Made by a program: the position numbers and the translations under genes. A DNA stretch of 33,794 nt from positions 1 to 33,794 of IMG/VR virus record IMGVR_UViG_3300046820_002026; one strand, given 5' to 3'. Shown here piece after piece: positions 7,541 through 16,280 of this stretch. The DNA is from a virus (taxonomy: Duplodnaviria; Caudoviricetes). Each line of letters starts with the position of its first letter. The first letter of the stretch is position 1. The notes beneath the pieces are model-generated. The model worked only from the letters and a program-made list of their open reading frames with translations. It searched no databases and had not been told where the DNA came from.

Positions 7541-9271
7541 TTATCCTTCGCACGCCTTGCATTCACCGCTACTTCTATAAATATTATCTGCTTTCAGAAT
7601 TGACTCGCCTCTTAGATAATAAAGGCCCTTTAAACCACCGCGCCACGCTTCCATATGTACTTCATGGATATACTTACCAAGTTTCTTCTTGTCATCGCTG
7701 TTTAGTGATGCTGGTGCTGCAAAGAAAAGGTTTACGCTTTGGCCTTGGTCAATCCAGCGTTGACGCTGGGCTGCTTGCTTAATAATGGCATGCTGGTTTA
7801 CTTCACGGGCAGTTGCAAATACTTCCCGCTCAAGGTCGCTTAAACCCTTTAGACCGGCTACAGAGCCGCCATCACTATTAATTTGTTGCCATGTGTCAAA
7901 GTTATCCATACCTTTCTCTGCTAACAAGGCTTGGAGTGCTGGATTCTTACGAACGAACGTGCCTTTTGCACTCTTTTGGGCATAATAGTTAGCAATAATA
8001 GGCTCAATACCTTGAGAAACGCCACCGCTGATAAGCGAGTTGCTTACAGTTGGGGCAACAGCAAGACGGTGGCTATTACGAGTATCTACACACCATTCTG
8101 GAACGCCTTTTAGGACGCCTAATTCCTTGCTGGCTTCTAGGGTCTTCCTGTCTAGTGTGCGGAAGATTTGAGCATTAAGCTCCATTGCTTCAAAACTGTC
8201 AAATGGAATTAGTTTGCTCTGTAATAGCGTATGCCAGCCGAGTACGCCAAGACCGAGTGCGCGAGACTTAACAGAGAATCGTACAGCCTTCTCAAAGCCT
8301 TCGATCTTTGAAGCCTTCTGGATAAACTCTTCCATAATTGCATCAAGGAAGTAAATACAGTCCTTAAGAAATTGCGGATCAGCCTTCCATTCGTCGTATC
8401 TGGCAAGGTTGACGCTAGAGAGGCAGCAAACAAATGTATGTTGTTCATCATTGTATAAATAAATCTCATTGCAAAGTTGACTAGTTGAAACTTTTAGTCC
8501 ATTCTTGATATAACCGGCTGGTAGATCGCGGTTAGCGTTATCGCGGAACATCATATAGTGTTCGCCGGTTTCTAACCTTGTGCGGAGTCCCTTTTCCCAG
8601 ATTCCTCGTGAATGGCTGTCTCCGTTGAGTGCTTTATGCATAAATTCATCACCATAGACAACAGCATGGTGGAAATTGTTAGAGAGGCAACGCCGACTAA
8701 TATCCCCGGTAGGGCGTCTAATATCAATAAACTCATCAATATCTCCGTGTTCTGCGTCTAGATAAACTGCTGTAGCGCCACGACGGACGCCGCCTTGGCC
8801 TACTGACTGGAATGTCTGTTCATGTACGCGAAGCCAAGGCACAACACCCTCGCTATGGCCGTTTCCCTTGATCTGGGATCCACGCGCACGGATCTTACCG
8901 ACGTATGTGCCAACGCCACCGCCGTTTTTTGTAAGCATGGCCGCTTCGTGATAAGTTTTAAAAATATCACTTACGCTATCACCCATATATTGGCCGTAAC
9001 AACTAATAGGTAATCCACGTTCTGTCCCAGAATTTGACGCCACGGGAGTAGCCAACGCGAGCCAGTTGTTACAAATATATTTTAAAAAGCGTGCCTCAAG
9101 TTGGCTGCGTAATGGTTCGTCATATTGTGACGCGGCTGCGCGTGCAACTCGTTTATACATATCAAGCGGAGTTTCACCCTCTAATAGATAACCAGCAGAA
9201 AGGGTTTGGAATCCTTCATCCGTTAGCCAACTTGGTGCCTGTCCGCTTTCTTTTAGTTCTTCAAGAGTCAT
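7541..9271 (-). CDS. nrdA: Class I ribonucleotide reductase alpha subunit, no ATP cone (start revised to MTLEELK)
   Basis: LATPVASN, PISC, GGGVG, VGQGGVRRGA, QLCNEI, VCCLSSVN, APTVSNS, IDQGQSVN, GLYY, C-terminal CKACEG. Confidence 0.95.
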   Translation of the reverse strand: MTLEELKESGQAPSWLTDEGFQTLSAGYLLEGETPLDMYKRVARAAASQYDEPLRSQLEARFLKYICNNWLALATPVASNSGTERGLPISCYGQYMGDSVSDIFKTYHEAAMLTKNGGGVGTYVGKIRARGSQIKGNGHSEGVVPWLRVHEQTFQSVGQGGVRRGATAVYLDAEHGDIDEFIDIRRPTGDISRRCLSNNFHHAVVYGDEFMHKALNGDSHSRGIWEKGLRTRLETGEHYMMFRDNANRDLPAGYIKNGLKVSTSQLCNEIYLYNDEQHTFVCCLSSVNLARYDEWKADPQFLKDCIYFLDAIMEEFIQKASKIEGFEKAVRFSVKSRALGLGVLGWHTLLQSKLIPFDSFEAMELNAQIFRTLDRKTLEASKELGVLKGVPEWCVDTRNSHRLAVAPTVSNSLISGGVSQGIEPIIANYYAQKSAKGTFVRKNPALQALLAEKGMDNFDTWQQINSDGGSVAGLKGLSDLEREVFATAREVNQHAIIKQAAQRQRWIDQGQSVNLFFAAPASLNSDDKKKLGKYIHEVHMEAWRGGLKGLYYLRGESILKADNIYRSSGECKACEG

Positions 9272-9272
9272 T

Positions 9273-9734
9273 TTATTCTGCTTTCTGGATATCTTCTGAA
9301 CAAAGAAGGTGAATCTCAAATTTATTTTGATGTTCTTTTGGAAACTCTGGGAAAAATCCGTGAATTTTTAAGTTTTTATATTTATCAAATTTTTCTGATA
9401 CAAGTTTGGCAACCGCAGAGCAATCTTCTGGCTCCACTTCATTTGGGTCTTCAACAGATGGGTACTCCACTTCAATAACTTCTCTGGTATAGTTTTCATC
9501 TTTTGACCATTGGAAGTTTCTTTCACCAAGTGCCAATCTGACAACAGGGAAAAGTAGTGAAATTGCTACGCCTAACTTTTTTTCTTCCACGATCCTATAT
9601 TTAAGGGTTGCCGCTTGTAACATTGCAAACTGCGCTACATCTTCTAAACAATTAGCAATACCTTCTTTATTTACTGCTCCGTCTAGAAGTCCGCTTTGTT
9701 CCCACTTTTCTACTAGGCTTTGATTGTTTTCCAT
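9273..9734 (-). CDS. Hypothetical protein; N-terminal half resembles a gp23-type major capsid protein N-terminus
   Basis: LVEKWEQSGLLDG...IANCLEDVAQ...LLFPVVRLALG parallels the recalled LxEKWxxxGLLEG...MAxLLENQA...xFPxVRRxFG of T4-superfamily major capsid proteins. Confidence 0.55.
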   Translation of the reverse strand: MENNQSLVEKWEQSGLLDGAVNKEGIANCLEDVAQFAMLQAATLKYRIVEEKKLGVAISLLFPVVRLALGERNFQWSKDENYTREVIEVEYPSVEDPNEVEPEDCSAVAKLVSEKFDKYKNLKIHGFFPEFPKEHQNKFEIHLLCSEDIQKAE

Positions 9735-9918
9735 TTTTATCCCATTTCTCTGTTATTTTGTGTGAGCATTCGCTACACATATATATTTCTGAAATTTTAA
9801 TGCCCCGTGGTTCATGCGGGGCAATATCACGATTGTGAAAATCTATTTGTTTTTGATCAGTTAGTTGTAGTAGCTCCTTTTTACAGACTCTACAGAAAAT
9901 TGTCAAGCAAGAATCCAC
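9667..9918 (-). CDS. Small zinc-ribbon-like protein
   Basis: CRVC and CSEC pairs; the basic tail overlaps the next ORF by 68 nt. Confidence 0.6.
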   Translation of the reverse strand: MDSCLTIFCRVCKKELLQLTDQKQIDFHNRDIAPHEPRGIKISEIYMCSECSHKITEKWDKNGKQSKPSRKVGTKRTSRRSSK

Positions 9919-10202
9919 TCTTCAAGTTGTGCCATCGTCTGCTTTGCACCTTCCATGCGGCCAGTTTCTTCTGTGTTCTGGATCTTGATGAATGTTGGTA
10001 ACGCTTTTACGCTGTGTTCCTGCCTAAATTCTGGTTCGTCATCGCTATCAACGATTTCCATATGGATATGTGGATACTTTTCCTTAAGCGCAAGGAAGGT
10101 TGGCTTCTTTAGCTTACATGGATTGCACCATGCGCAAGCTGCAACCATTACAACTACTTTTTTTGTTTTGCTAATTTGATCAATTTCTTCAATTTTACTC
10201 AT
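9903..10202 (-). CDS. Thioredoxin (start revised to MSKIEEI)
   Basis: AWCNPCK active site; VKALPTF cis-Pro loop; AAGGAG SD; overlaps the nrdB stop. Confidence 0.9.
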   Translation of the reverse strand: MSKIEEIDQISKTKKVVVMVAACAWCNPCKLKKPTFLALKEKYPHIHMEIVDSDDEPEFRQEHSVKALPTFIKIQNTEETGRMEGAKQTMAQLEEWILA

Positions 10203-11157
10203 TCCAGACTCCTTCAAAATCGGCTAAACCTTTGGAGTAAGCTGTTGCCTTTTGGGCAAAGAAATCCTGCAGTTCAACGCCACTAGATAGTACACTAAAC
10301 CATTCCATCCTTTCAAGGCTTTCTTTATCTAAGTTTTTCCAATTACTCTTCAGCCCAAGGTCTTGGAGTTTAGTGTTTGCGCGATGACGAATATAGTTCT
10401 TTAGATCGTGCGCTGATAGGTTTGGTAGATCACCCTTCTGGAAAGCTTTATCAATGAATTCGTCTTCTAATTTTACAGTTAGACGGGCGGCTTCATAAAT
10501 CGCCTCTTTTAGATCATCATCCAGTAGCTCTGGAAATTCCTCTGTAACCTGTCGGAATAACCAGCAGCCCGCTTCACTATGTAAGCTTTCATCCTTGATA
10601 GACCAAGATACAATTTGTCCAAGTCCCTTAAGCATGTTGCGCTGTGGGAAGCTCATTAATACTGCGAAAGAAGAAAATAGATTAACTCCCTCGTTAAACG
10701 CCGAAAAAATAGCGAGTGAAAGAGCGATGTCTCTACGTGATTTGCCCTTTGTTTCCATAAGGCGATCAATTTTGGCTTTTGCAGTTGGTTCATGCAGGAA
10801 CGCTTCATAGTTCTGAATTCCTAAACTTTCTTCTAGATAGCTATATCCTGCCGCGTGGATACTCTCAAATCCAGCAAAGCTGTTTGCCATCATCTGGATT
10901 TCTGGTTTCTTAAACCAGTTTGCAACCTTATTTGACCAATAATCTTGGATAAAGATTTCAGTCTGCGTGAAACCTTTAAGGATTGAGCCAATAACATGGC
11001 GATCATTATCGTTTAATGATAGCTTCCAGTCATTTATATCGCTACCCATTTGTACTTCAAATGGTACCCAATGCGCCATTTGCTGTTTTTGGAAATATTC
11101 ATACGATTTTGGGTATTCGTGCGGCCCATAGGTTGGGCGTGGAGTAAAAATTGACAT
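10195..11157 (-). CDS. nrdB: Class I ribonucleotide reductase beta subunit
   Basis: HWVPFEV, ESIHAAGY (ExxH plus radical Tyr), EGVNLFSSF, DESLH, DFFAQKATAY. Confidence 0.95.
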   Translation of the reverse strand: MSIFTPRPTYGPHEYPKSYEYFQKQQMAHWVPFEVQMGSDINDWKLSLNDNDRHVIGSILKGFTQTEIFIQDYWSNKVANWFKKPEIQMMANSFAGFESIHAAGYSYLEESLGIQNYEAFLHEPTAKAKIDRLMETKGKSRRDIALSLAIFSAFNEGVNLFSSFAVLMSFPQRNMLKGLGQIVSWSIKDESLHSEAGCWLFRQVTEEFPELLDDDLKEAIYEAARLTVKLEDEFIDKAFQKGDLPNLSAHDLKNYIRHRANTKLQDLGLKSNWKNLDKESLERMEWFSVLSSGVELQDFFAQKATAYSKGLADFEGVWNE

Positions 11158-11181
11158 AACAGACCTTTCTATAATGGTTTA

Positions 11182-12555
11182 CTAAGTAGTCTTCTTTTCC
11201 TTCTTGAACGCCTTATATTTCTCTTTCAAGGAAGCCTCTTGTTCCTTAGCACTTTTTGCAATAATATCACTGGCGGATTCCCCGCTTTCCTGTAAAACCT
11301 TGATACAGACGTTACGTGTATCCATAAATAGTGGGAAAACCATACCGTCTGGTCCGTTTCGGTTCTTTGCAATATACATACGACCTTCGTTTGCAGCTTT
11401 ATCCTTGATTGTACGGCTGATTGTGCAAATAAAGTCGGCTACGAAGCACTTATTGAACGCCTCGCTGATGCTTTCCATAGTAATAACTTCTGCATTTAGG
11501 CCGGTACGGTTGGTCTGTGACGCCGTCCACAGAGTGCAGTTATGAAGTTGGGCAATACCACGCATTTCCTCATAAATGCTCTCAAGTTCGGCACGCTTCT
11601 CCTTTTCCTTGCTTGTTGGCTTTAGGAGATCGCCGTAATCCACGATTACAAAGTCTACACGGTGTCCATGAGCCTTTAATTTATCAAGATGGGCCTTGAT
11701 TGTGTTTGTACTGGCGCTCTTCGTAGGATATTCCTTGACAATAAGGTGGCCCTTTAGGTTTTTGACCATATCAAGGACTTGCTCCTTATGGTTAAAGACA
11801 TCAGTTAGGCCAAGCCCCGTAAGGCAGCTGTCATAACGGGTACCGATTACCTTGTCAGAGAGTTCCAGAGTGTAGTGAACAACATTGTATCCAAGGCGTA
11901 GAGCATTCGCACCCAAATGGACAAGTGCCATACTCTTGCCAGCCCCTGTAGGAGCAATGACGACGCCAAGTTCACCACGGCCCAGACCACCCCGAGTAAT
12001 ATTGTCAATGAGATCCCAACCCATAGATACTGGATTACGTGCTTTAACCTCAAATCGTTTCTCAAAGTCCACAACATAATCGTAACCATGATTATTATCT
12101 GTGCCAAGCTTGAGTGCGTCATTGATAGTTTTGCTAACCTCGTCATAGGATGAACTTTTAATAAGTTCAACGCTCTTGATCATGGCCTCCTTTAGTTTCT
12201 GCTTCTTACAGAAATCAAGTGAGGTTTCCTTAATATATTCATGACCATCCGTAATCATGCCATCGCTGATAATACGGGCAAAGAACTCACGAGTTTGCTT
12301 TTGTACAACCTCGTTTTCATTGCTAAGTTCCGCCTTAATGACGGTCATCATTGTGTCGCGTGATGGATGAACACCATAACGCTTACGGTAATCATATACC
12401 TTTTGGGTAAAGGTACGTAGGTATTTTAGTTCTAGGAATGTAAAGTCTAGAACTTCACCAATTTGCGCAGCAAATTGGCTATCATCTAGGATTAGGGTAC
12501 ACAGGTTTTCTTGAAATTTTGTTCCGTAGACTGAAAAGTCTTGACGCTCGCTCAT
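11182..12555 (-). CDS. Replicative DNA helicase (DnaB / T4 gp41-like)
   Basis: Walker A APTGAGKS, YTLEL, IVKEYPT, VIVDYGDLL, WTASQTNR, IAKNRNG. Confidence 0.95.
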   Translation of the reverse strand: MSERQDFSVYGTKFQENLCTLILDDSQFAAQIGEVLDFTFLELKYLRTFTQKVYDYRKRYGVHPSRDTMMTVIKAELSNENEVVQKQTREFFARIISDGMITDGHEYIKETSLDFCKKQKLKEAMIKSVELIKSSSYDEVSKTINDALKLGTDNNHGYDYVVDFEKRFEVKARNPVSMGWDLIDNITRGGLGRGELGVVIAPTGAGKSMALVHLGANALRLGYNVVHYTLELSDKVIGTRYDSCLTGLGLTDVFNHKEQVLDMVKNLKGHLIVKEYPTKSASTNTIKAHLDKLKAHGHRVDFVIVDYGDLLKPTSKEKEKRAELESIYEEMRGIAQLHNCTLWTASQTNRTGLNAEVITMESISEAFNKCFVADFICTISRTIKDKAANEGRMYIAKNRNGPDGMVFPLFMDTRNVCIKVLQESGESASDIIAKSAKEQEASLKEKYKAFKKEKKTT

Positions 12556-12573
12556 GCTTCCTCCGTTGAAGAC

Positions 12574-12602
12574 ATACTACCGCTTGTCCGTACAGTTTTC
12601 AA
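12574..12602 (-). promoter_or_regulatory. Sigma70-like promoter for the helicase
   Basis: TTGAAA-17 nt-TAGTAT, followed by a GGAGG SD. Confidence 0.7.
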
Positions 12603-13545
12603 GTTGAATCTTTTCCATCTGGTTGAATAGTTCGCTGAAATTTATATCCATAAAACCGTCTTCTGTGCAGTATTTAATATACTTATCTTTATCGTAAATA
12701 CACTCTGCGTTCTTGATATCGCGAAAGATCTGCTTTTTTGTTTCGGTTGGTACAAGACGGTATTGGAGTTGCATCATGCGATGGTTCAGCTTTATTTGTT
12801 TTTGTTCTGATAATATTCCCTTATAAATCTTGACTTCCCCCGTATGCTCGCGACAGTGTAGGTATATGTCGTCAAGACTGTATTCTTTTTCTTCTGCAAG
12901 AAAAGGGAAACGTTTTGCAATAGTAGCAAGGCCAGCGCCTTTGACACCGGGTAAATTATCACTGGTGTCACCCACGATAGCCCTAGCGATAGCAAAATTA
13001 TAGGGATGTATGCCATATTCTTCAACTACAGATTTTATATTTAAAATCTGCTCCTTTACTGGCCGATATAGGACCGTATCTTTACCGCATAACTGAATAA
13101 AATCCTTGTCGTTGCTTACAATTACTTTTTGGTAATCGCTAAACTTATCATCCTTACAAACAAGTGCGATAAGATCGTCGGCTTCTACGCCATCTGTAAT
13201 AATTTGTACGATGGGTAAGCAATTTAGATATTCTACAAGACGAGTCTCCTGCCAGATACGGTTTTTTAGTTCGTCCTCTGCACTTGCCTTGATATTGCTA
13301 TTGATTGTAAGAGGATTACGACCAGCCTTATAGCCCTCAAACATATTCTTACGTTTCTTACTGCCGCCTTCGCCATCCCAACAGATAATAATTTTATCGG
13401 GATTCGTAACGCGAACCATCTTTTGTAGGATTTTTAGATAGCCGCGAACGCCGCCAACCGGCACCCCTTTTGGAGTAACGGTTGGATCGGCGCTATAGGC
13501 TCGGACGAATGCGTTTAGGCTATCGATTACTAATATTCTTTTCAT
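12577..13545 (-). CDS. 5'-3' exonuclease / flap endonuclease (T4 RNase H or Pol I N-domain-like)
   Basis: LVIDSLN, CWDG, YKAGR, EADDLIA, VSNDKDFIQL, GDTSDNLPGVKGAG. Confidence 0.95.
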   Translation of the reverse strand: MKRILVIDSLNAFVRAYSADPTVTPKGVPVGGVRGYLKILQKMVRVTNPDKIIICWDGEGGSKKRKNMFEGYKAGRNPLTINSNIKASAEDELKNRIWQETRLVEYLNCLPIVQIITDGVEADDLIALVCKDDKFSDYQKVIVSNDKDFIQLCGKDTVLYRPVKEQILNIKSVVEEYGIHPYNFAIARAIVGDTSDNLPGVKGAGLATIAKRFPFLAEEKEYSLDDIYLHCREHTGEVKIYKGILSEQKQIKLNHRMMQLQYRLVPTETKKQIFRDIKNAECIYDKDKYIKYCTEDGFMDINFSELFNQMEKIQLENCTDKR

Positions 13546-13840
13546 CTTGTTTTATCGCCTTTTCCATTAGGAATAGCAGCAATTCTCCAATATGGGAATT
13601 GCCTTCTTTTACTTGACCATATCGTTTATTATCAATACAGTCTTGGCATGGAACATAAGCCCAATTTTTGGTAATCTCCACTTTTTCTTTTTGAGTTTTT
13701 ATCGTGTTAATCATTGATTGCCAAGTTCTTCCATTATTGAACTCAATAATGCAACAATCCGGTATACCCGAAAATTGACCTTCTGCAATATTATAGGCTT
13801 TATATAGAGCTTCATATAACAGTTTATTACGCATTTTCAT
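13520..13840 (-). CDS. Hypothetical protein
   Basis: 106 aa with GIPDCCI and YVPCQDC motifs; overlaps neighbours. Confidence 0.7.
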   Translation of the reverse strand: MKMRNKLLYEALYKAYNIAEGQFSGIPDCCIIEFNNGRTWQSMINTIKTQKEKVEITKNWAYVPCQDCIDNKRYGQVKEGNSHIGELLLFLMEKAIKQDEKNISNR

Positions 13841-14276
13841 CCTTTGGGACTACTCCGTTTTTATAAAGTTCGCCAACCTTATAGCGTAGCTTCTTTGGCT
13901 CGCTTAATGCAGCTGCCTTTACAGTGTCCCGATATAGTGATACGCGTAAAAATGCATAGCTATCCTTGGAAAAGAAATAATCTCTTACGCTATTATACAT
14001 AATATACAGCCACTTGAGTGGGTATCGGCCAAACAGATGTGGCCCAAAGGATGAAACTGAGCTGATATCTGTTCCATTTTCGCTCATACGCACAACCGCT
14101 ACCTCTTTCATTGGACGTACGCGATTTTTCACACTTGTATAGTTTTTCTTTTTTGGTTTTGGCATATTCTTGATTAGATCCTCTAGTAAAGTGCTTTTAA
14201 GCTTTTTGTTATCGCTTTCAGCCTTTACTTTATCGCCATCTACGGTCACTTTAACTTCTTCAAAATTCTCAGCCAT
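13827..14276 (-). CDS. Hypothetical protein (start revised to MAENFEE)
   Basis: GGGAG SD before ATG 14276; this start avoids overlap with the deaminase. Confidence 0.7.
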   Translation of the reverse strand: MAENFEEVKVTVDGDKVKAESDNKKLKSTLLEDLIKNMPKPKKKNYTSVKNRVRPMKEVAVVRMSENGTDISSVSSFGPHLFGRYPLKWLYIMYNSVRDYFFSKDSYAFLRVSLYRDTVKAAALSEPKKLRYKVGELYKNGVVPKDENA

Positions 14277-14286
14277 TTTAGTCTCC

Positions 14287-14652
14287 CTAGAACTTATAAG
14301 TTCCAATATGGTCATCATCAACGCTATAATAAACGGCCTTAATCCCACGCTCCTCCATAACGGCATGGCACATGGGACAAGGCCGACTCATACGATCTTC
14401 GTGACTGCCCTTGCTTGCACGGGCAACATACATAACTGCACCCTTGGTAGCAGTGCGAGGCAGATTCAACAGGGCTGCGATCTCGGCATGGTAGGTGCTA
14501 ACGCCCTTGTTGGGATGACGATGCTTTGCGCCTACAGAACAATATTTCTCATTATTTACGCCAATACCAAGAATAGCATTACCGCCTCCAACAAGTACAG
14601 CGCCATGACGAAAGTTGCCGTACTGGGAGGTGGTTGCCATCTTCTTAGCCAA
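14287..14652 (-). CDS. Zinc-dependent cytidine/dCMP deaminase-fold protein; N-terminus possibly frameshifted
   Basis: RHGAVLV, HAEIAAL, SRPCPMC, GIKAVYYS. The coupled upstream 28-codon ORF (14731-14645) looks like its missing N-terminus. Confidence 0.85.
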   Translation of the reverse strand: MAKKMATTSQYGNFRHGAVLVGGGNAILGIGVNNEKYCSVGAKHRHPNKGVSTYHAEIAALLNLPRTATKGAVMYVARASKGSHEDRMSRPCPMCHAVMEERGIKAVYYSVDDDHIGTYKF

Positions 14653-14723
14653 CTTGGAGTAACCTCCGATTCTTCTTGCTAATCTCGGTCTTCTTCATAA
14701 TGATCTCGTTCTGCGGGCCATCG

Positions 14724-15260
14724 TTATCCATTTGTCTGCTCCTTGGCGGCTCGTTCCGCCCTGTATTGCGCTGCTCGCGCTTCCATTTCGGCGTTATACT
14801 CTTCCCTGCGGCGCTTGTCAAGCTCATTGCACGGATCACAATAAACCTTAACCCAGCCTTCGCTGTTGGGCTTGCCAGGGTTGCCGCAGTTTTCGCAGAT
14901 ACGGTAACTCATGCTTTCTGCTGCATGGATAGCGCCGTGGACACGATCATTGCCGCCATCAATATAAAAACGGAGACCGCCAAATTTTTCTTTTATCTGG
15001 ACAGGGATAACCTGTCGTGGCTTGTCGTCTTCGGTGGCCTCGCCGCGCTTTACGCGGTAACCGTGCTGGATAATCTCGTTGTCCACTTCGTTCTGGATAA
15101 CGCCGCAGAGTGAGTCAACAAGATCGTACCAGCCGTCGCCAACAGCGATTTCCCAGCAGGCATTACGCTCAAAAGTAGTACCATCCCGCTTTGTGACGGT
15201 TTCCTTGATAAACATTTTAGGATACTTTTGACGAATCTGATTTTCCAGTTCTTCCTTCAT
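14724..15260 (-). CDS. Conserved phage hypothetical protein with a C-terminal zinc finger (start revised to MKEELEN)
   Basis: GDGWYDLV...QIKEKFGGLRFY...CENCG...C pattern; GGAGG SD. Confidence 0.8.
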   Translation of the reverse strand: MKEELENQIRQKYPKMFIKETVTKRDGTTFERNACWEIAVGDGWYDLVDSLCGVIQNEVDNEIIQHGYRVKRGEATEDDKPRQVIPVQIKEKFGGLRFYIDGGNDRVHGAIHAAESMSYRICENCGNPGKPNSEGWVKVYCDPCNELDKRRREEYNAEMEARAAQYRAERAAKEQTNG

Positions 15261-15278
15261 GTTTGCCTCCAAAGCAAT

Positions 15279-16208
15279 TTAAACAAAGATACCATACTCT
15301 TCTCGGAACTTCAAGAGAGAAATATTTTTCATCTTAGCTTCAAGATCTACATCAATTGTGTCATTGCGTAGAGCATTAAGCTGATGCTGATTAATATAGT
15401 GAATAAAATTTGAATGCGAACGTCGTTCATTAAAACTTCCGTTCTCCATTCCAGGCTCTGTGTTACTTAGGTGCTGGAGTGGTTTGATTTTTCCCCAAGT
15501 CCCCATAGTGGCGATATGAGCATCGTCATAAACAAGATCGCTGGAATTAAAATTATAGTGATGGGAATCAAGAACAATAGGAACACCGCACTTTTCATGA
15601 ATCTGGATAAGCTGTTTAACATTGTAGCATTTCTCGTCGTTCTCAAGCGTCAAACGATTTTTCACATTTGCCGGTAGCGTCTTGATAACCTCAATAAGCC
15701 GTTCGCTCCTGTCGGCTTTGCCACCATGAATATTGATGGCGTTGTATGCTGTCTCGCTAAGTCCCATCATGTCAAACATCCATGCATGGTACTCAAGTTC
15801 TTTAATACTGTTTTTTACAACCTCATCACGATCACTGCTAAGCACTGTAAATTGGCCAGGATGTGTTGTTACACGAATGTCATTTTCTCGGAATAGGCTT
15901 CCAAGTATTCCAAGCTTGCTGATAAGCACCTGATCTGTACGAGCAATGCTTCCAGCAAATTCAAAAAGTGGGAGCAGCGAACTGCTAATTCGGAAACTTC
16001 GGATGTTGTCTTTAACGAGCGTAGGAATGATTTTAATATGTTCATCAACATTGTGACGATACGTGTCACGGATGCGCTCTTCACTGTATTTTCCTGCTTT
16101 ATATTGGCCTAATTGAAGAGATTTTTCATCAATTATATTTTCATAAATAGTCGTGCCGTCACGCTTCTTACGAGGAATTAAATATTGACAACAAAGAGAT
16201 ACGGCCAC
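15279..16208 (-). CDS. uvsE: UV damage endonuclease UvsE/UvdE (start revised to GTG 16208)
   Basis: FRISSSLLP, HPGQFTVLSS, ELEYH, INIHGG, RLTLENDE, PIVLDSHH, HLS, DLEAKMK; GGAGG 5 nt before the GTG. Confidence 0.93.
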   Translation of the reverse strand: MAVSLCCQYLIPRKKRDGTTIYENIIDEKSLQLGQYKAGKYSEERIRDTYRHNVDEHIKIIPTLVKDNIRSFRISSSLLPLFEFAGSIARTDQVLISKLGILGSLFRENDIRVTTHPGQFTVLSSDRDEVVKNSIKELEYHAWMFDMMGLSETAYNAINIHGGKADRSERLIEVIKTLPANVKNRLTLENDEKCYNVKQLIQIHEKCGVPIVLDSHHYNFNSSDLVYDDAHIATMGTWGKIKPLQHLSNTEPGMENGSFNERRSHSNFIHYINQHQLNALRNDTIDVDLEAKMKNISLLKFREEYGIFV

Positions 16209-16218
16209 GGTAACCTCC

Positions 16219-16259
16219 AAAAGAAAACCGCCAATGCAGAGGCTACTCTACACTGGCGG
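16219..16259 (-). terminator. Intrinsic terminator after recA/uvsX
   Basis: 14 bp stem CCGCCAGTGTAGAG/CTCTGCATTGGCGG (two G-U pairs), 4 nt loop, then TTTTCTTTT. Confidence 0.85.
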
Positions 16260-16273
16260 CTGATTCTTGTCAA
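16245..16273 (-). promoter_or_regulatory. Sigma70-like promoter for uvsE, overlapping the terminator
   Basis: TTGACA-17 nt-TAGAGT. Confidence 0.75.
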
Positions 16274-16280
16274 GGGCAGG

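Noticed and set aside
9878-9906. TTGACA-17 nt-TAAAAA possible promoter before the capsid-like ORF
   Set aside because: The -10 lacks the conserved final T seen in all other promoters here, so it is too weak to call.
11151-11175. Perfect TTGACA and TATAAT hexamers on the + strand (possible antisense promoter into the helicase)
   Set aside because: The spacer is only 13 nt, incompatible with sigma70, and TTGACA overlaps the nrdB start codons.
14170-15113. Two + strand ORFs (170 and 145 aa)
   Set aside because: Both lie fully antisense to well-supported minus-strand genes. The same applies to the other + strand ORFs in the track.
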